Part shown: positions 1-12,600 of the stretch, one piece after another
How the letters are laid out: each line of letters starts with the position of its first letter
Numbering within the stretch: the first letter of the stretch is position 1
From: Balanoglossus misakiensis
Taxonomy: Eukaryota; Animalia; Hemichordata
NCBI GenBank assembly: GCA_040954595.2
Contig: JBECUI020000026.1
Span: 124,001 to 188,000, forward strand
DNA length: 64,000 nucleotides
Direction: 5' to 3'
Notes under the pieces: generated by a model
The model's database searches: none
Told to the model about the DNA's origin: nothing
The model's input: the letters and a program-made list of their open reading frames with translations, nothing else
Translations under genes and position numbers: made by a program

Positions 1-331
1 TGAAATTCCGCTGAATATTGCATTATTATTTTGTCTGAGTCTGAAGAGTAGTCATCATCTCTGAAACCCCTTGACCTAAGTCAGGTGTCAAATAGTACAA
101 TTTGCAGATTTGTTGCATTGGAGATATTGTTGCAGTTTTTGAAATTCAAGATGGCTGCCAATGTCTGTGTTAACTCTATGGAAAAACATTTATGTAAATA
201 CTTTTCTGAAAACAAGGCGGTGAACATCACATTTTTGTTTACAAACAGTAATAGAAATAGCTATCATTGTTTCTGAAAATCCTAACTTGTAGGATTCTTT
301 TTCAATCTCTGGCATCAGCAGAGACAATTAA

Positions 332-1064
332 GGTGGCATTGCATGAAAAGTTGTGATTTTTGCCAAATTTTACTTTTTTACATAAATCGGTAGGCCTAAT
401 ACTCACCCACATCCTGACTAATACGTCTTGGCGGAAATGGTGCACAATCACCCCCAAATAGCACTTTTCTGAATGAGTTCACAGCTTAACAAATAGGTGT
501 CAACAATGCAAATGGCCGTTTTTCTCGGTTTGCATTTTCGCTGCTTTTGACAACTTCGGACTAAAATAGCTTCGCCCTGCATTGGCCGAATTTGCTCAAA
601 TTTTGACAGGGAATTGTGTATGACCCATCCAACAAAACGCTAGTTTTGTATGTCGATAAAGTGTCCCTGGCGGGAATAAACTCTGATTCAATACAACTCA
701 CCGTGAATTTGATCAAATTTTCAGAAAATCTAACTTTCAAACGCTGTTACTCCTCAATGGAAGCAGATAACGCAAAACAAAATTAGCGTTTTTTTGCACG
801 TGTACTTAAGTTTCGAATGACATATTAAGATGCATGATGCATGGTCAACTTTTTTACCTATTTTAAATTTCATGACATAATATCAAAAAATGGGTTTTTT
901 CGCCCAAAATTGCCACCATTTCCGGGGATCAATAATATTTGTAACTCAAACAAAAGTTCAAAATCTCAGCTTCCAGAATATATATGGTTTATGGGGGTTT
1001 AAACTTTGTCTTTGATGAGAAATAGGCCTCTGAAAAAGTCTCGACGGTTTCATGCAGTGCCACC
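332..1064. mobile_element. Non-autonomous DNA transposon (MITE) with TTAA target duplication, Kolobok-like
   Basis: 17-bp TIRs ggtggcattgcatgaaa (332-348) and tttcatgcagtgccacc (1048-1064), 1 mismatch. TTAA at 328-331 and 1065-1068. Purine-purine 5' end fits Kolobok better than piggyBac (CCY). No coding capacity. Confidence 0.85.
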
Positions 1065-1410
1065 TTAAACAACTCTATAAAAAGTCTTATTGCTTAGTAC
1101 TGGCACGAGGTGGTAAAAAGATGTGCAGCTTTTGACTTATTACAGGCTTACACTTTGTTAGTAATATGAGTCCCTATTGGTATTGTGCTGGGTTTTTAGG
1201 AGCTTGGGCCCCATTCCCTGGATATTTTTTACACCTTGCTCTGAAAACCTGCCACACCTATGCTTCTTCAATTTGTCACAGTTGTCCTTGCCAATGAGTG
1301 TGCACCTTGAAATTCAAATCAGTCATTTGACCTGGCAGCCATATTCAGTTGAAATTGTTAAATAAATGCAAATTAGCTGGGAAAATTTGAAATTGGTCAA
1401 AACCACTGGT

Positions 1411-1803
1411 CAGATTGATTTGACAATTGGTATGCAAGTACCTTATGTCAACCACATACAGTCCTGTATTTTGAATAGTTTGAATGTTCTATTTTTATGC
1501 ATTTTTTGCCTTTTTCCTCATTTTTGGTAAAACATCTACTTTTCTAAAATTGATGAGACGACTTCTTTGAAATTTAGTATGAAGCTTCATATAGGTGATA
1601 TGAGTTAGCATACTTTTGTTAAAATGTTGCAAAATTTGCATATTCATAATTTTGGAGCAATTTCGGCCGTTTTTGAATTTTTTTTTTAAACCGGTTGTTA
1701 CATTGCTTTGAAATTTGTTAGTCATATTAGGGGTAGCCCAAGTAAGATTTGCATGTATGTTTTTCAAATCAACTTGATGAATTGAATAGTATATTTTTGG
1801 GAT
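1411..1803 (+). repeat. Interspersed repeat segment, duplicated at ~2529-2895
   Basis: cagattgatttgacaattggtatgcaagtaccttatgtcaaccacataca... starts at both 1411 and 2529 and stays alignable for ~370-390 bp with small indels. Confidence 0.85.
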
Positions 1804-1844
1804 GATTTTTGCCATTTTTGGTCAAAACTCTTCTCAGAACCCCC

Positions 1845-2461
1845 CACAGTACGTGAAATATCCCATGAATCACTCTGGTTTGTACAACCAGAGATTACTC
1901 GGTCAAACCAGGCAAAGTTCACATGTGTAGAGAAAATTGTAGACCACTAATACAAATTTTGAGAGCATGCTTTAAAGGCGAATCTTATTGTCAATTACCA
2001 TTTCAAATGATAAACAAAATCATGCATTATTGAAAGAGGAGATACAAATTTTATAAAATAAGCAATTGCATAGCCAGCCGATACAAAAAAGTTTGAAGTA
2101 AAACAGGGACACTTGAAACACTTGTTTAATCAAACAAAACGATATTGATTTTTTTCTATAGACAGAACAATGGAAATTTACATGTTAACTTTCAACAGAG
2201 ACTGGCCACCTCAGTTAGTCATTGCTTCTTTCCTCCTAAGTGTGACATTTGACGTACATGAATGAATACTTTGATTTCTATGGCTTTTAAATCTTGATTT
2301 TGAAATTTTCACTCTAATTCCTCAACATACTTTTTCTAGATAAATCTTAATACAGTTATATGTACTTCATATCATTGTTAGTATCTAAAACAGAAAGTAA
2401 TTAAATGGACAATCTCGATGATACAAATCATGGAGAGTTGTGGGTAAAATATCGTACTGTG
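1845..2461. mobile_element. Non-autonomous CAC-terminus DNA transposon (Transib/RAG-like or Chapaev-like MITE)
   Basis: Termini cacagtacg (1845-1853) and cgtactgtg (2453-2461), with imperfect TIR similarity to ~50 bp. Flanked by ccccc on both sides (1840-1844, 2462-2466). The host repeat (ttctcagaa...cactgctttgaaatttg) rejoins when the element is removed. Confidence 0.65.
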
Positions 2462-2895
2462 CCCCCTTTACCCCCACTGCTTTGAAATTTGATTTGAAGG
2501 TTTCAGGGTTTGTTCTCATGATAATTTACAGATTGATTTGACAATTGGTATGCAAGTACCTTATGTCAACCACATACAATCCTGTATTTTTTTAACTAAT
2601 AGTTTGAATGTTCTATTTTATGCATTTTTTGCCTTTTTCCTCATTTGTGGTAAAAAAATTTAGTATGAAGCTTCATGTAGGTGATATGAGTTACAATACT
2701 TTTGTTGAAATGTTGCAAAATTTGCATATTGATAATTTTGGAGCAATTTCAGCCTTGTTTAATTAATTTTTTTTCTCTAAAACCGCTTGTTCCATTGCTT
2801 TAAAATTTGTTAGTCATGTTAGGGGTAGCTCAAGTAAGATTTGCATGTATGTTTTTCAAATCAACTTGATGAATTGAATAGTATATTTTTGGGGG

Positions 2896-3190
2896 ATCAA
2901 ATCAAATCAAATCAAAACAAACATTTATAAAGCGCCAGAATCAATAACAATGTTATTTCCAAAGGCGCTGAAAGTATAACATCAGTGTTCGTAGGCTTTG
3001 ACAAATAGAAATGTCTTGAGTTTTTGTTTGAAAATGTTGAGACTAGAAGCCTGTTGAATGTCAGATGGCAGAGAATTCCAAAGTTGTGGCGCGACAAGGG
3101 AAAAGGCACATCCACCATATGTTTTGAGTCTGTACTTTGGTACACACAACTGGTTCCTTGAGCTGGAGCGCAGAGCCCGACTAGGCTTAT
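2896..3190 (-). mobile_element. 3' fragment of an L2/CR1-group LINE
   Basis: Minus-strand peptide YKPSRALRSSSRNQLCVPKYRLKTYGGCAFSLVAPQLWNSLPSDIQQASSLNIFKQKLKTFLF is the typical L2/CR1 ORF2 C-terminus. It is followed by a gcgc...gcgctttataaat 3' UTR and a (TTTGA)n tail at 2896-2915. Confidence 0.85.
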
Positions 3191-3967
3191 ATGATTTTTG
3201 ATTTGATTTGGTTTCAGGGTGATTTCTCATGATGATTTACAAAACCTATGACTGATTACTTTGAAATTTGAGTAGGAAGTTAATTGGATGTGTTTGTTTA
3301 GATAATGGAATCAAATAAAGTTATTCATTCTTCACCTTCATTCTTCACCTCATTTCATTTATTGGCTGGTTTGTCTATTGTATCAGGGAAGAGTACTTGC
3401 CATCCCACCCCACCGATGCAAACTTTGAGTGGCAAAAGTAAAATTTGTCGTAACATTGAGTTAATTTGCTTTTGGGCTCACTAAAATGCAACTTTGAGCT
3501 CTGTATTTGTACAAAATTTTCATTAATTGGCTGGTCTGTCTATTGTACCAGGCCAGCATACATAAGATCAAGATGTTTTCGGGGCTGGGGGGGGGGCATC
3601 ATATTTTATTGCCTCTCTATGTGTGTGTCTGTCTGTCTGTACTCCTGTGTAGACTTTTTCTAGTGTAATCACTAAATGAGACCACAGTGTCCTTGACGCT
3701 ATTTTTTGCGATTTTCAATGACCCTGGGGTAACCTTTGACCAGCTTTCATATATCTTGGTATTCACAGCAGAATACAGCCTTGGCATACCCTGGTAACAA
3801 TGGGAACCGTTTGGGCCCAACCAATGGTGCTGGCAGCGTTAATTTTTAAATGATTTCTTCTTGTCGTTTTCTTTATCAATATGATGACTTGACCTAATCA
3901 GATTATTAAAATAATTTCATTCTTTTTTTACATTAGGTTCTTTGGTAACACTGCTGCTGGAGGGAGT

Positions 3968-4735
3968 GTAATATTTGTAACGACGTCGCCACCTAATACT
4001 GTACTGGAGGTATGAACTTAAACTTGTAACGACGCCGCCACCTAATACTGTACTGGAGAGATGAAGTTAATACTTGTAACGACGCCGCCACCTAATACTG
4101 TACTGGAGAGATGAAGTTAATACTTGTAACGACGCCGCCACCTAATACTGTACTGGAGTGATGAAGTTAATACTTGTAACGACGCCGCCACCTAATACTG
4201 TACTGGAGAGATGAACTTAATACTTGTAACGACGCCGCCACCTAATACTGTACTGGAGAGATGAAGTTAATACTTGTAACGACGCCGCCACCTAATACTG
4301 TACTGGAGAGATGAAGTTAATACTTGTAACGACGCCGCCACCTAATACTGTACTGGAGAGATGAAGTTAATACTTGTAACGACGCCGCCACCTAATACTG
4401 TACTGGAGAGATGAAGTTAATACTTGTAACGACGCCGCCACCTAATACTGTACTGGAGAGATGAAGTTAATACTTGTAACGACGCCGCCACCTAATACTG
4501 TACTGGAGGGATGAACTTAAACTTGTAACGACGCCGCCACCTAATACTGTACTGGAGAGATGAAGTTAATACTTGTAACGACGCCGCCACCTAATACTGT
4601 ACTGGAGAGATGAAGTTAATACTTGTAACGACGCCGCCACCTAATACTGTACTGGAGAGATGAACTTAATACTTGTAACGACGCCGCCACCTTATACTGT
4701 ACTGGAGGGATGAACTTAAACCTGTAACGACGCCA
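3968..4735. repeat. 50-bp minisatellite, ~15 copies
   Basis: Unit gacgccgccacctaatactgtactggagagatgaagttaatacttgtaac, near-identical, with occasional 49-bp variants. Confidence 0.97.
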
Positions 4736-4920
4736 GATGATGCTCCTGTGACCAGAGGGATGAACGACGCCATGATTTGTTGATCTGATCTAATTAATAA
4801 TATTCATTCTTTTTTTTCAATAGGTTCATTGGTATTATCATCGCCGGAGGGAGTCTAATCAATATCTACAACAACGCCGCACCAGATAACAATATCAAAA
4901 CCAGAGGGATGCTGTCAATA

Positions 4921-5095
4921 GGTTAGGCTAATAAAAATGGTTTAATCTGAGGGAATGGTAAAGGGTTGGTGTATGAATATGTTAGGGTAATAAAAAATGG
5001 TATAATCTAACAGAATGGTGAAGGGTTGGTGTATAAACAGGTTAGGCTAATAAAAATGGTATAATCTAATGAAATGGTGAAGGGTTGGTGTATGA
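4921..5095. repeat. ~59-bp diverged tandem repeat, 3 copies
   Basis: gttagg.taataaaaatggt.taatct....gaatggt.aagggttggtgtat occurs three times. Confidence 0.85.
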
Positions 5096-5516
5096 TGACT
5101 AATAAGACATTGTGCACAAGGGTACTATAATAAAACTGTCTGCAAGGGTATAATATTATGGTTTCAAGGGTATGATAAGTAATTAAAATACTATAAAAAC
5201 ATGAGTAATGCCACGTGGTAAATAAAAACTGTACATGTACAGAGGGTAAATACCGGTATAATATATAAAGGTGTTAACATCAATGGTGTAATAATAAAAA
5301 AAATGGGTAACACATGGTTTTGGTGGTATAATAATAATAAAATGGTATTAACTTGATGGTATAAACATTATTGGATGTGTATAAACGGTGTTAATATTAC
5401 AAAGGTATAATGATTAGTTGGGGTGTAATAATAAGAAATTTAAAATCATTGGGTAATTTATTAGTGTCAGGTTGGGTAAAATAATTGTTGCTATGCATTC
5501 GTGTAATAATTGTCTG

Positions 5517-5715
5517 CGGATTTTTTGCAGCGTTACCCGCGTTCGCGTTCTTCATTGCAGGTCGCTCGTCATGTAATGGAATTTCGCCGTGTGCCCGTTT
5601 GATTCGCCGATGGATTTTTTACAACGTTACCCGCGTTCGCGTTCTTCATCGCAGTTGGATCGTCGTGTAATGGAATTTCGCCGTGTGCCCGTTTGATTCG
5701 CCGATGGATTTTTTG
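5517..5715. repeat. ~95-bp CpG-rich tandem duplication, 2 copies
   Basis: cgttacccgcgttcgcgttcttcat...gtaatggaatttcgccgtgtgcccgtttgattcgccgatggattttt occurs twice. Confidence 0.85.
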
Positions 5716-6140
5716 CTTTCGTCATCGTAATTCCCGCATCAACACGAATCCTCAATCTCGCGTAACAACAATACATCAAAATGTACACAGAAAAATAGGA
5801 GTCGGCAAGACAATTCTGGTTAGTTTGAGCCCCAACCTTTTAAAATTCACAACGGGGGAGGGGGCAGTTTTTCCTCATTTTATATTTGGCTCGAGGTTTT
5901 TAACTGTCCCCAGGCGCGTAAAGTTAGTTAGTTTATCACACAGTATGTAATTATCTTGCTTGATTTAAAAAAACACTAAAATTGTATGGGGGAGCTTCTT
6001 GCGATTTGCACTTAAGAAACTGATGGTTTGTACCCATAGATAATATTTAGTATTAAGCACATAATTGCCTGGAAATAAAAATTAACTCAAGGGTAGAATG
6101 CAACAGTTAATTTTGTGCAATATCAACAGGAGCTATTTTG

Positions 6141-6247
6141 GCACATTATTTCAGTTTGATAAACACTGTTTTTGCTCATTGTTTCATTTCGACCACATTA
6201 TTTCAGTTTGATAAACACTGTTTTTGCTTATTGTTTCATTTCAACCA
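6141..6247. repeat. 53-bp tandem duplication
   Basis: cacattatttcagtttgataaacactgtttttgct.attgtttcatttc.acca twice. Confidence 0.85.
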
Positions 6248-6659
6248 CTTTTGTCACCTTGTTTTAAATTGAATGCAAGCATTGTTTCTGTTTGACCACT
6301 ACTTGGGGTAATTGTTCCAAATTGGTATGCAAGATATTTTACATCAGCAGTTAGTCATCTAGCCACACTTTAGCTGCACAGCATATGAAAAATAATGAAA
6401 TTCATGCAAAAAGCAAAAAAGTATTATGGGTATAATGCCATTGCAGCATTGGCGGTTCGACTCCGTCGATACTTACTTTGAAGCATAAGTCTTCATTATT
6501 TTTCATATGTATTAAATAAAACTCTTCCAAATTCATATCTTTGTTTTAAGTTTGTGCTTTTGCTTCAGTTAGGGGGCCCACATTTACCAAACCTGTCTTG
6601 CCATCTTTTCACATTTCTTAAAATATGCAGCGCCAGCGGTAGGCAGTATTTGATCAAAT

Positions 6660-9600
6660 TGACCAACAAATCACTCAAAATTAATAGGCAGGATACTGTC
6701 CACTCTGGCCTGGTTACTGTCTGGCCTGCTTAATGTTGACGCAAAGGTTGACCCCACCAAACACTCAAAATTAATAGGCAGCATACTGGCCACTCTGGCC
6801 TAGTTAATGTAGACGCAAAGGTTGACCCCACCAAACACTCAAAATTAATGGGCACGATACTGGCCACTCTGGCCTAGTTAATGTTGACGCAAAGGTTGAC
6901 CCCACCAAACACTCAAAATCAATGGGCAGCATACTGTCCACTATGGCCTGGTTACTGTGTGCTCTGGTTAATGTTGACGCAAAGGTTGACCCCACCAAAC
7001 ACTCAAAATTAATGGGCAGCACACTGTCCACTACGGCCTGGTTACTGTGTGCTCTGGTTAATGTTGATGCAAAGGTTGACCCCACCAAACACTCAAAATT
7101 AATGGGCAGAACACTGTCCACTATGGCCTGGTTACTGTGTGCTCTGGTTAATGTTGATGCAAAGGTTGACTCCACCAAACACTCAAAATTAATGGGCAGG
7201 ATACTGGCCACTCTGGCCTAGTTAATGTTGACGCAAAGGTTGACCCCCACCAAACACTCAAAATTAATGGGCACGATACTGGCCACTCTGGCCTAGTTAA
7301 TGTTGACGCAAAGGTTGACCCCACCAAACACTCAAAATTAATGGGCAGCACACTGTCCACTACGGCCTGGTTACTGTGTGCTCTGGTTAATGTTGATGCA
7401 AAGGTTGACCCCACCAAACACTCAAAATTAATGGGCAGAACACTGTCCACTATGGCCTGGTTACTGTGTGCTCTGGTTAATGTTGATGCAAAGGTTGACC
7501 CCACCAAACACTCAAAATTAATGGGCAGGATACTGGCCACTCTGGCCTAGTTAATGTTGACGCAAAGGTTAACCCCCACCAAACACTCAAAATTAATGGG
7601 CAGGATACTGGCCACTCTGGCCTAGTTAATGTTGACGCAAAGGTTGACCCCCACCAAACACTCAAAATTAATGGGCACGATACTGGCCACTCTGGCCTAG
7701 TTAATGTTGACGCAAAGGTTGACCCCACCAAACACTCAAAATTAATGGGCAGCACACTGTCCACTACGGACTGGTTACTGTGTGCTCTGGTTAATGTTGA
7801 CGCAAAGGTTGACCCCACCAAACACTCAAAATTAATGGGCAGAACACTGTCCACTATGGCCTGGTTACTGTGTGCTCTGGTTAATGTTGACGCAAAGGTT
7901 GACCCCACCAAACACTCAAAATTAATGGGCAGAACACTGTCCACTACGGCCTGGTTACTGTGTGCTCTGGTTAATGTTGACGCAAAGGTTGACCCCACCA
8001 TACACTCAAAATTAATGGGCAGCATACTGTCCTATATGGCCTGGTTACTGTGTGCTCTGGTTAATGTTGACGCAAAGGTTGACCCCACCAAACACTCAAA
8101 ATTAATGGGCAGAACACTGTCCACTATGGCCTGGTTACTGTGTGCTCTGGTTAATGTTGACGCAAAGGTTGACCCCCACCAAACACTCAAAATTAATGGG
8201 CACGATACTGGCCACTCTGGCCTAGTTAATGTTGACGCAAAGGTTGACCCCCACCAAACACTCAAAATTAATGGGCACGATACTGGCCACTCTGGCCTAG
8301 TTAATGTTGACGCAAAGGTTGACCCCCACCAAACACTCAAAATTAATGGGCACGATACTGGCCACTCTGGCCTAGTTAATGTTGACGCAAAGGTTGACCC
8401 CCACCAAACACTCAAAATTAATGGGCACGATACTGGCCACTCTGGCCTAGTTAATGTTGACGCAAAGGTTGACCCCACCAAACACTCAAAATTAATGGGC
8501 AGCACACTGTCCACTACGGACTGGTTACTGTGTGCTCTGGTTAATGTTGACGCAAAGGTTGACCCCACCAAACACTCAAAATTAATGGGCAGAACACTGT
8601 CCACTATGGCCTGGTTACTGTGTGCTCTGGTTAATGTTGACGCAAAGGTTGACCCCACCAAACACTCAAAATTAATGGGCAGCACACTGTCCACTATGGC
8701 CTGGTTACTGTGTGCTCTGGTTAATGTTGACGCAAAGGTTGACACCACCAAACACTCAAAATTAATGGGCAGAACACTGTCCACTATGGCCTGGTTATTG
8801 TGTGCTCTGGTTAATGTTGACGCAAAGGTTGACGCCACCAAACACTCAAAATCAATGGGCAGCATACTGTCCACTATGGCCTCGTTACTGTGTGCTCTGG
8901 TTAATGTTGACGCAAAGGTTGACCCCACCAAACACTCAAAATTAATGGGCAGAACACTGTCCACTATGGCCTGGTTACTGTGTGCTCTGGTTAATGTTGA
9001 CGCAAAGGTTGACCCCACCAAACACTCAAAATTAATGGGCAGCACACTGTCCACTATGGCCTGGTTACTGTGTGCTCTGGTTAATGTTGACGCAAAGGTT
9101 GACCCCACCAAACACTCAAAATTAATGGGCAGAACACTGTCCACTACGGCCTGGTTACTGTGTGCTCTGGTCTATGTTGACGCAAAGGTTGACCCCACCA
9201 AACACTCAAAATTAATGGGCAGAACACTGTCCACTATGGCCTGGTTACTGTGTGCTCTGGTTAATGTTGACGCAAAGGTTGACCCCACCAAACACTCAAA
9301 ATTAATGGGCAGAACACTGTCCACTACGGCCTGGTTACTGTGTGCTCTGGTTAATGTTGTTGCAAAGGTTGACCCCACCAAACACTCAAAATTAATGGGC
9401 AGAACACTGTCCACTACGGCCTGGTTACTGTGTGCTCTGGTTAATGTTGACGCAAAGGTTGACCCCACCAAACACTCAAAATTAATGGGCAGAACACTGT
9501 CCACTATGGCCTGGTTACTGTGTGCTCTGGTTAATGTTGACGCAAAGGTTGACCCCACCAAACACTCAAAATTAATGGGCAGCACACTGTCCACTATGGC

Positions 9601-12600
9601 CTGGTTACTGTGTGCTCTGGTTAATGTTGACGCAAAGGTTGACCCCACCAAACACTCAAAATTAATGGGCAGAACACTGTCCACTACGGCCTGGTTACTG
9701 TGTGCTCTGGTTAATGTTGACGCAAAGGTTGACCCCCACCAAACACTCAAAATTAATGGGCACGATACTGGCCACTCTGGCCTAGTTAATGTTGACGCAA
9801 AGGTTGACCCCACCAAACACTCAAAATTAATGGGCACGATACTGGCCACTCTGGCCTAGTTAATGTTGACGCAAAGGTTGACCCCACCAAACACTCAAAA
9901 TTAATGGGCACGATACTGGCCACTCTGGCCTAGTTAATGTTGACGCAAAGGTTGACCCCACCAAACACTCAAAATTAATGGGCACGATACTGGCCACTCT
10001 GGCCTAGTTAATGTTGACGCAAAGGTTGACCCCACCAAACACTCAAAATTAATGGGCAGAACACTGTCCACTACGGCCTGGTTACTGTGTGCTCTGGTTA
10101 ATGTTGACGCAAAGGTTGACCCCACCAAACACTCAAAATTAATGGGCAGAACACTGTCCACTATGGCCTGGTTACTGTGTGCTCTGGATAATGTTGATGC
10201 AAAGGTTGACCCCACCAAACACTCAAAATTAATGGGCAGAACACTGTCCACTACGGCCTGGTTACTGTGTGCTCTGATTAATGTTGATGCAAAGGTTGAC
10301 CCCACCAAACACTCAAAATTAATGGGCAGAACACTGTCCACTACGGCCTGGTTACTGTGTGCTCTGGTTAATGTTGACGCAAAGGTTGACCCCCACCAAA
10401 CACTCAAAATTAATGGGCACGATACTGGCCACTCTGGCCTAGTTAATGTTGACGCAAAGGTTGACCCCACCAAACACTCAAAATTAATGGGCACGATACT
10501 GGCCACTCTGGCCTAGTTAATGTTGACGCAAAGGTTGACCCCACCAAACACTCAAAAATAATGGGCACGATACTGGCCACTCTGGCCTAGTTAATGTTGA
10601 CGCAAAGGTTGACCCCACCAAACACTCAAAATTAATGGGCACGATACTGGCCACTCTGGCCTAGTTAATGTTGACGCAAAGGTTGACCCCACCAAACACT
10701 CAAAATTAATGGGAAGAACACTGTCCACTACGGCCTGGTTACTGTGTGCTCTGGTTAATGTTGACGCAAAGGTTGACCCCACCAAACACTCAAAATTAAT
10801 GGGCAGAACACTGTCCACTATGGCCTGGTTACTGTGTGCTCTGGTTAATGTTGACGCAAAGGTTGACCCCACCAAACACTCAAAATTAATGGGCAGAACA
10901 CTGTCCACTACGGCCTGGTTACTGTGTGCTCTGATTAATGTTGACGCAAAGGTTGACCCCACCAAACACTCAAAATTAATGGGCAGAACACTGTCCACTA
11001 TGGCCTGGTTACTCTGTGCTCTGGTTAATGTTGACGCAAAGGTTGACCCCACCAAACACTCAAAATTAATGGGCAGCACACTGTCCACTATGGCCTGGTT
11101 ACTGTGTGCTCTGGTTAATGTTGACGCAAAGGTTGACCCCACCAAACACTCAAAATTAATGGGCAGAACACTGTCCACTACGGCCTGGTTACTGTGTGCT
11201 CTGGTTAATGTTGACGCAAAGGTTGACCCCACCAAACACTCAAAATTAATGGGCAGAACACTGTCCACTATGGCCTGGTTACTGTGTGCTCTGGTTAATG
11301 TTGACGCAAAGGTTGACCCCACCAAACACTCAAAATTAATGGGCAGAACACTGTCCACTACGGCCTGGTTACTGTGTGCTCTGGTTAATGTTGACGCAAA
11401 GGTTGACCCCACCAAACACTCAAAATTAATGGGCAGAACACTGTCCACTACGGCCTGGTTACTGTGTGCTCTGGTTAATGTTGACGCAAAGGTTGACCCC
11501 ACCAAACACTCAAAATTAATGGGCACGATACTGGCCACTCTGGCCTAGTTAATGTTGACGCAAAGGTTGACCCCACCAAACACTCAAAATTAATGGGCAC
11601 GATACTGGCCACTCTGGCCTAGTTAATGTTGACGCAAAGGTTGACCCCACCAAACACTCAAAATTAATGGGCACGATACTGGCCACTCTGGCCTAGTTAA
11701 TGTTGACGCAAAGGTTGACCCCACCAAACACTCAAAATTAATGGGCACGATACTGGCCACTCTGGCCTAGTTAATGTTGACGCAAAGGTTGACCCCACCA
11801 AACACTCAAAATTAATGGGCAGAACACTGTCCACTACGGCCTGGTTACTGTGTGCTCTGGTTAATGTTGACGCAAAGGTTGACCCCACCAAACACTCAAA
11901 ATTAATGGGCAGAACACTGTCCACTATGGCCTGGTTACTGTGTGCTCTGGTTAATGTTGACGCAAAGGTTGACCCCACCAAACACTCAAAATTAATGGGC
12001 AGAACACTGTCCACTACGGCCTGGTTACTGTGTGCTCTGATTAATGTTGACGCAAAGGTTGACCCCACCAAACACTCAAAATTAATGGGCAGAACACTGT
12101 CCACTATGGCCTGGTTACTCTGTGCTCTGGTTAATGTTGACGCAAAGGTTGACCCCACCAAACACTCAAAATTAATGGGCAGCACACTGTCCACTATGGC
12201 CTGGTTACTGTGTGCTCTGGTTAATGTTGACGCAAAGGTTGACCCCACCAAACACTCAAAATTAATGGGCAGAACACTGTCCACTACGGCCTGGTTACTG
12301 TGTGCTCTGGTTAATGTTAACGCAAAGGTTGACCCCACCAAACACTCAAAATTAATGGGCAGAACACTGTCCACTATGGCCTGGTTACTGTGTGCTCTGG
12401 TTAATGTTGACGCAAAGGTTGACCCCACCAAACACTCAAAATTAATGGGCAGAACACTGTCCACTACGGCCTGGTTACTGTGTGCTCTGGTTAATGTTAA
12501 CGCAAAGGTTGACCCCACCAAACACTCAAAATTAATGGGCAGAACACTGTCCACTATGGCCTGGTTACTGTGTGCTCTGGTTAATGTTGACGCAAAGGTT

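Noticed and set aside
3968-4735. CRISPR array or coding repeat
   Set aside because: Head-to-tail identical 50-mers with no spacers; the unit is not a multiple of 3 and contains stops.
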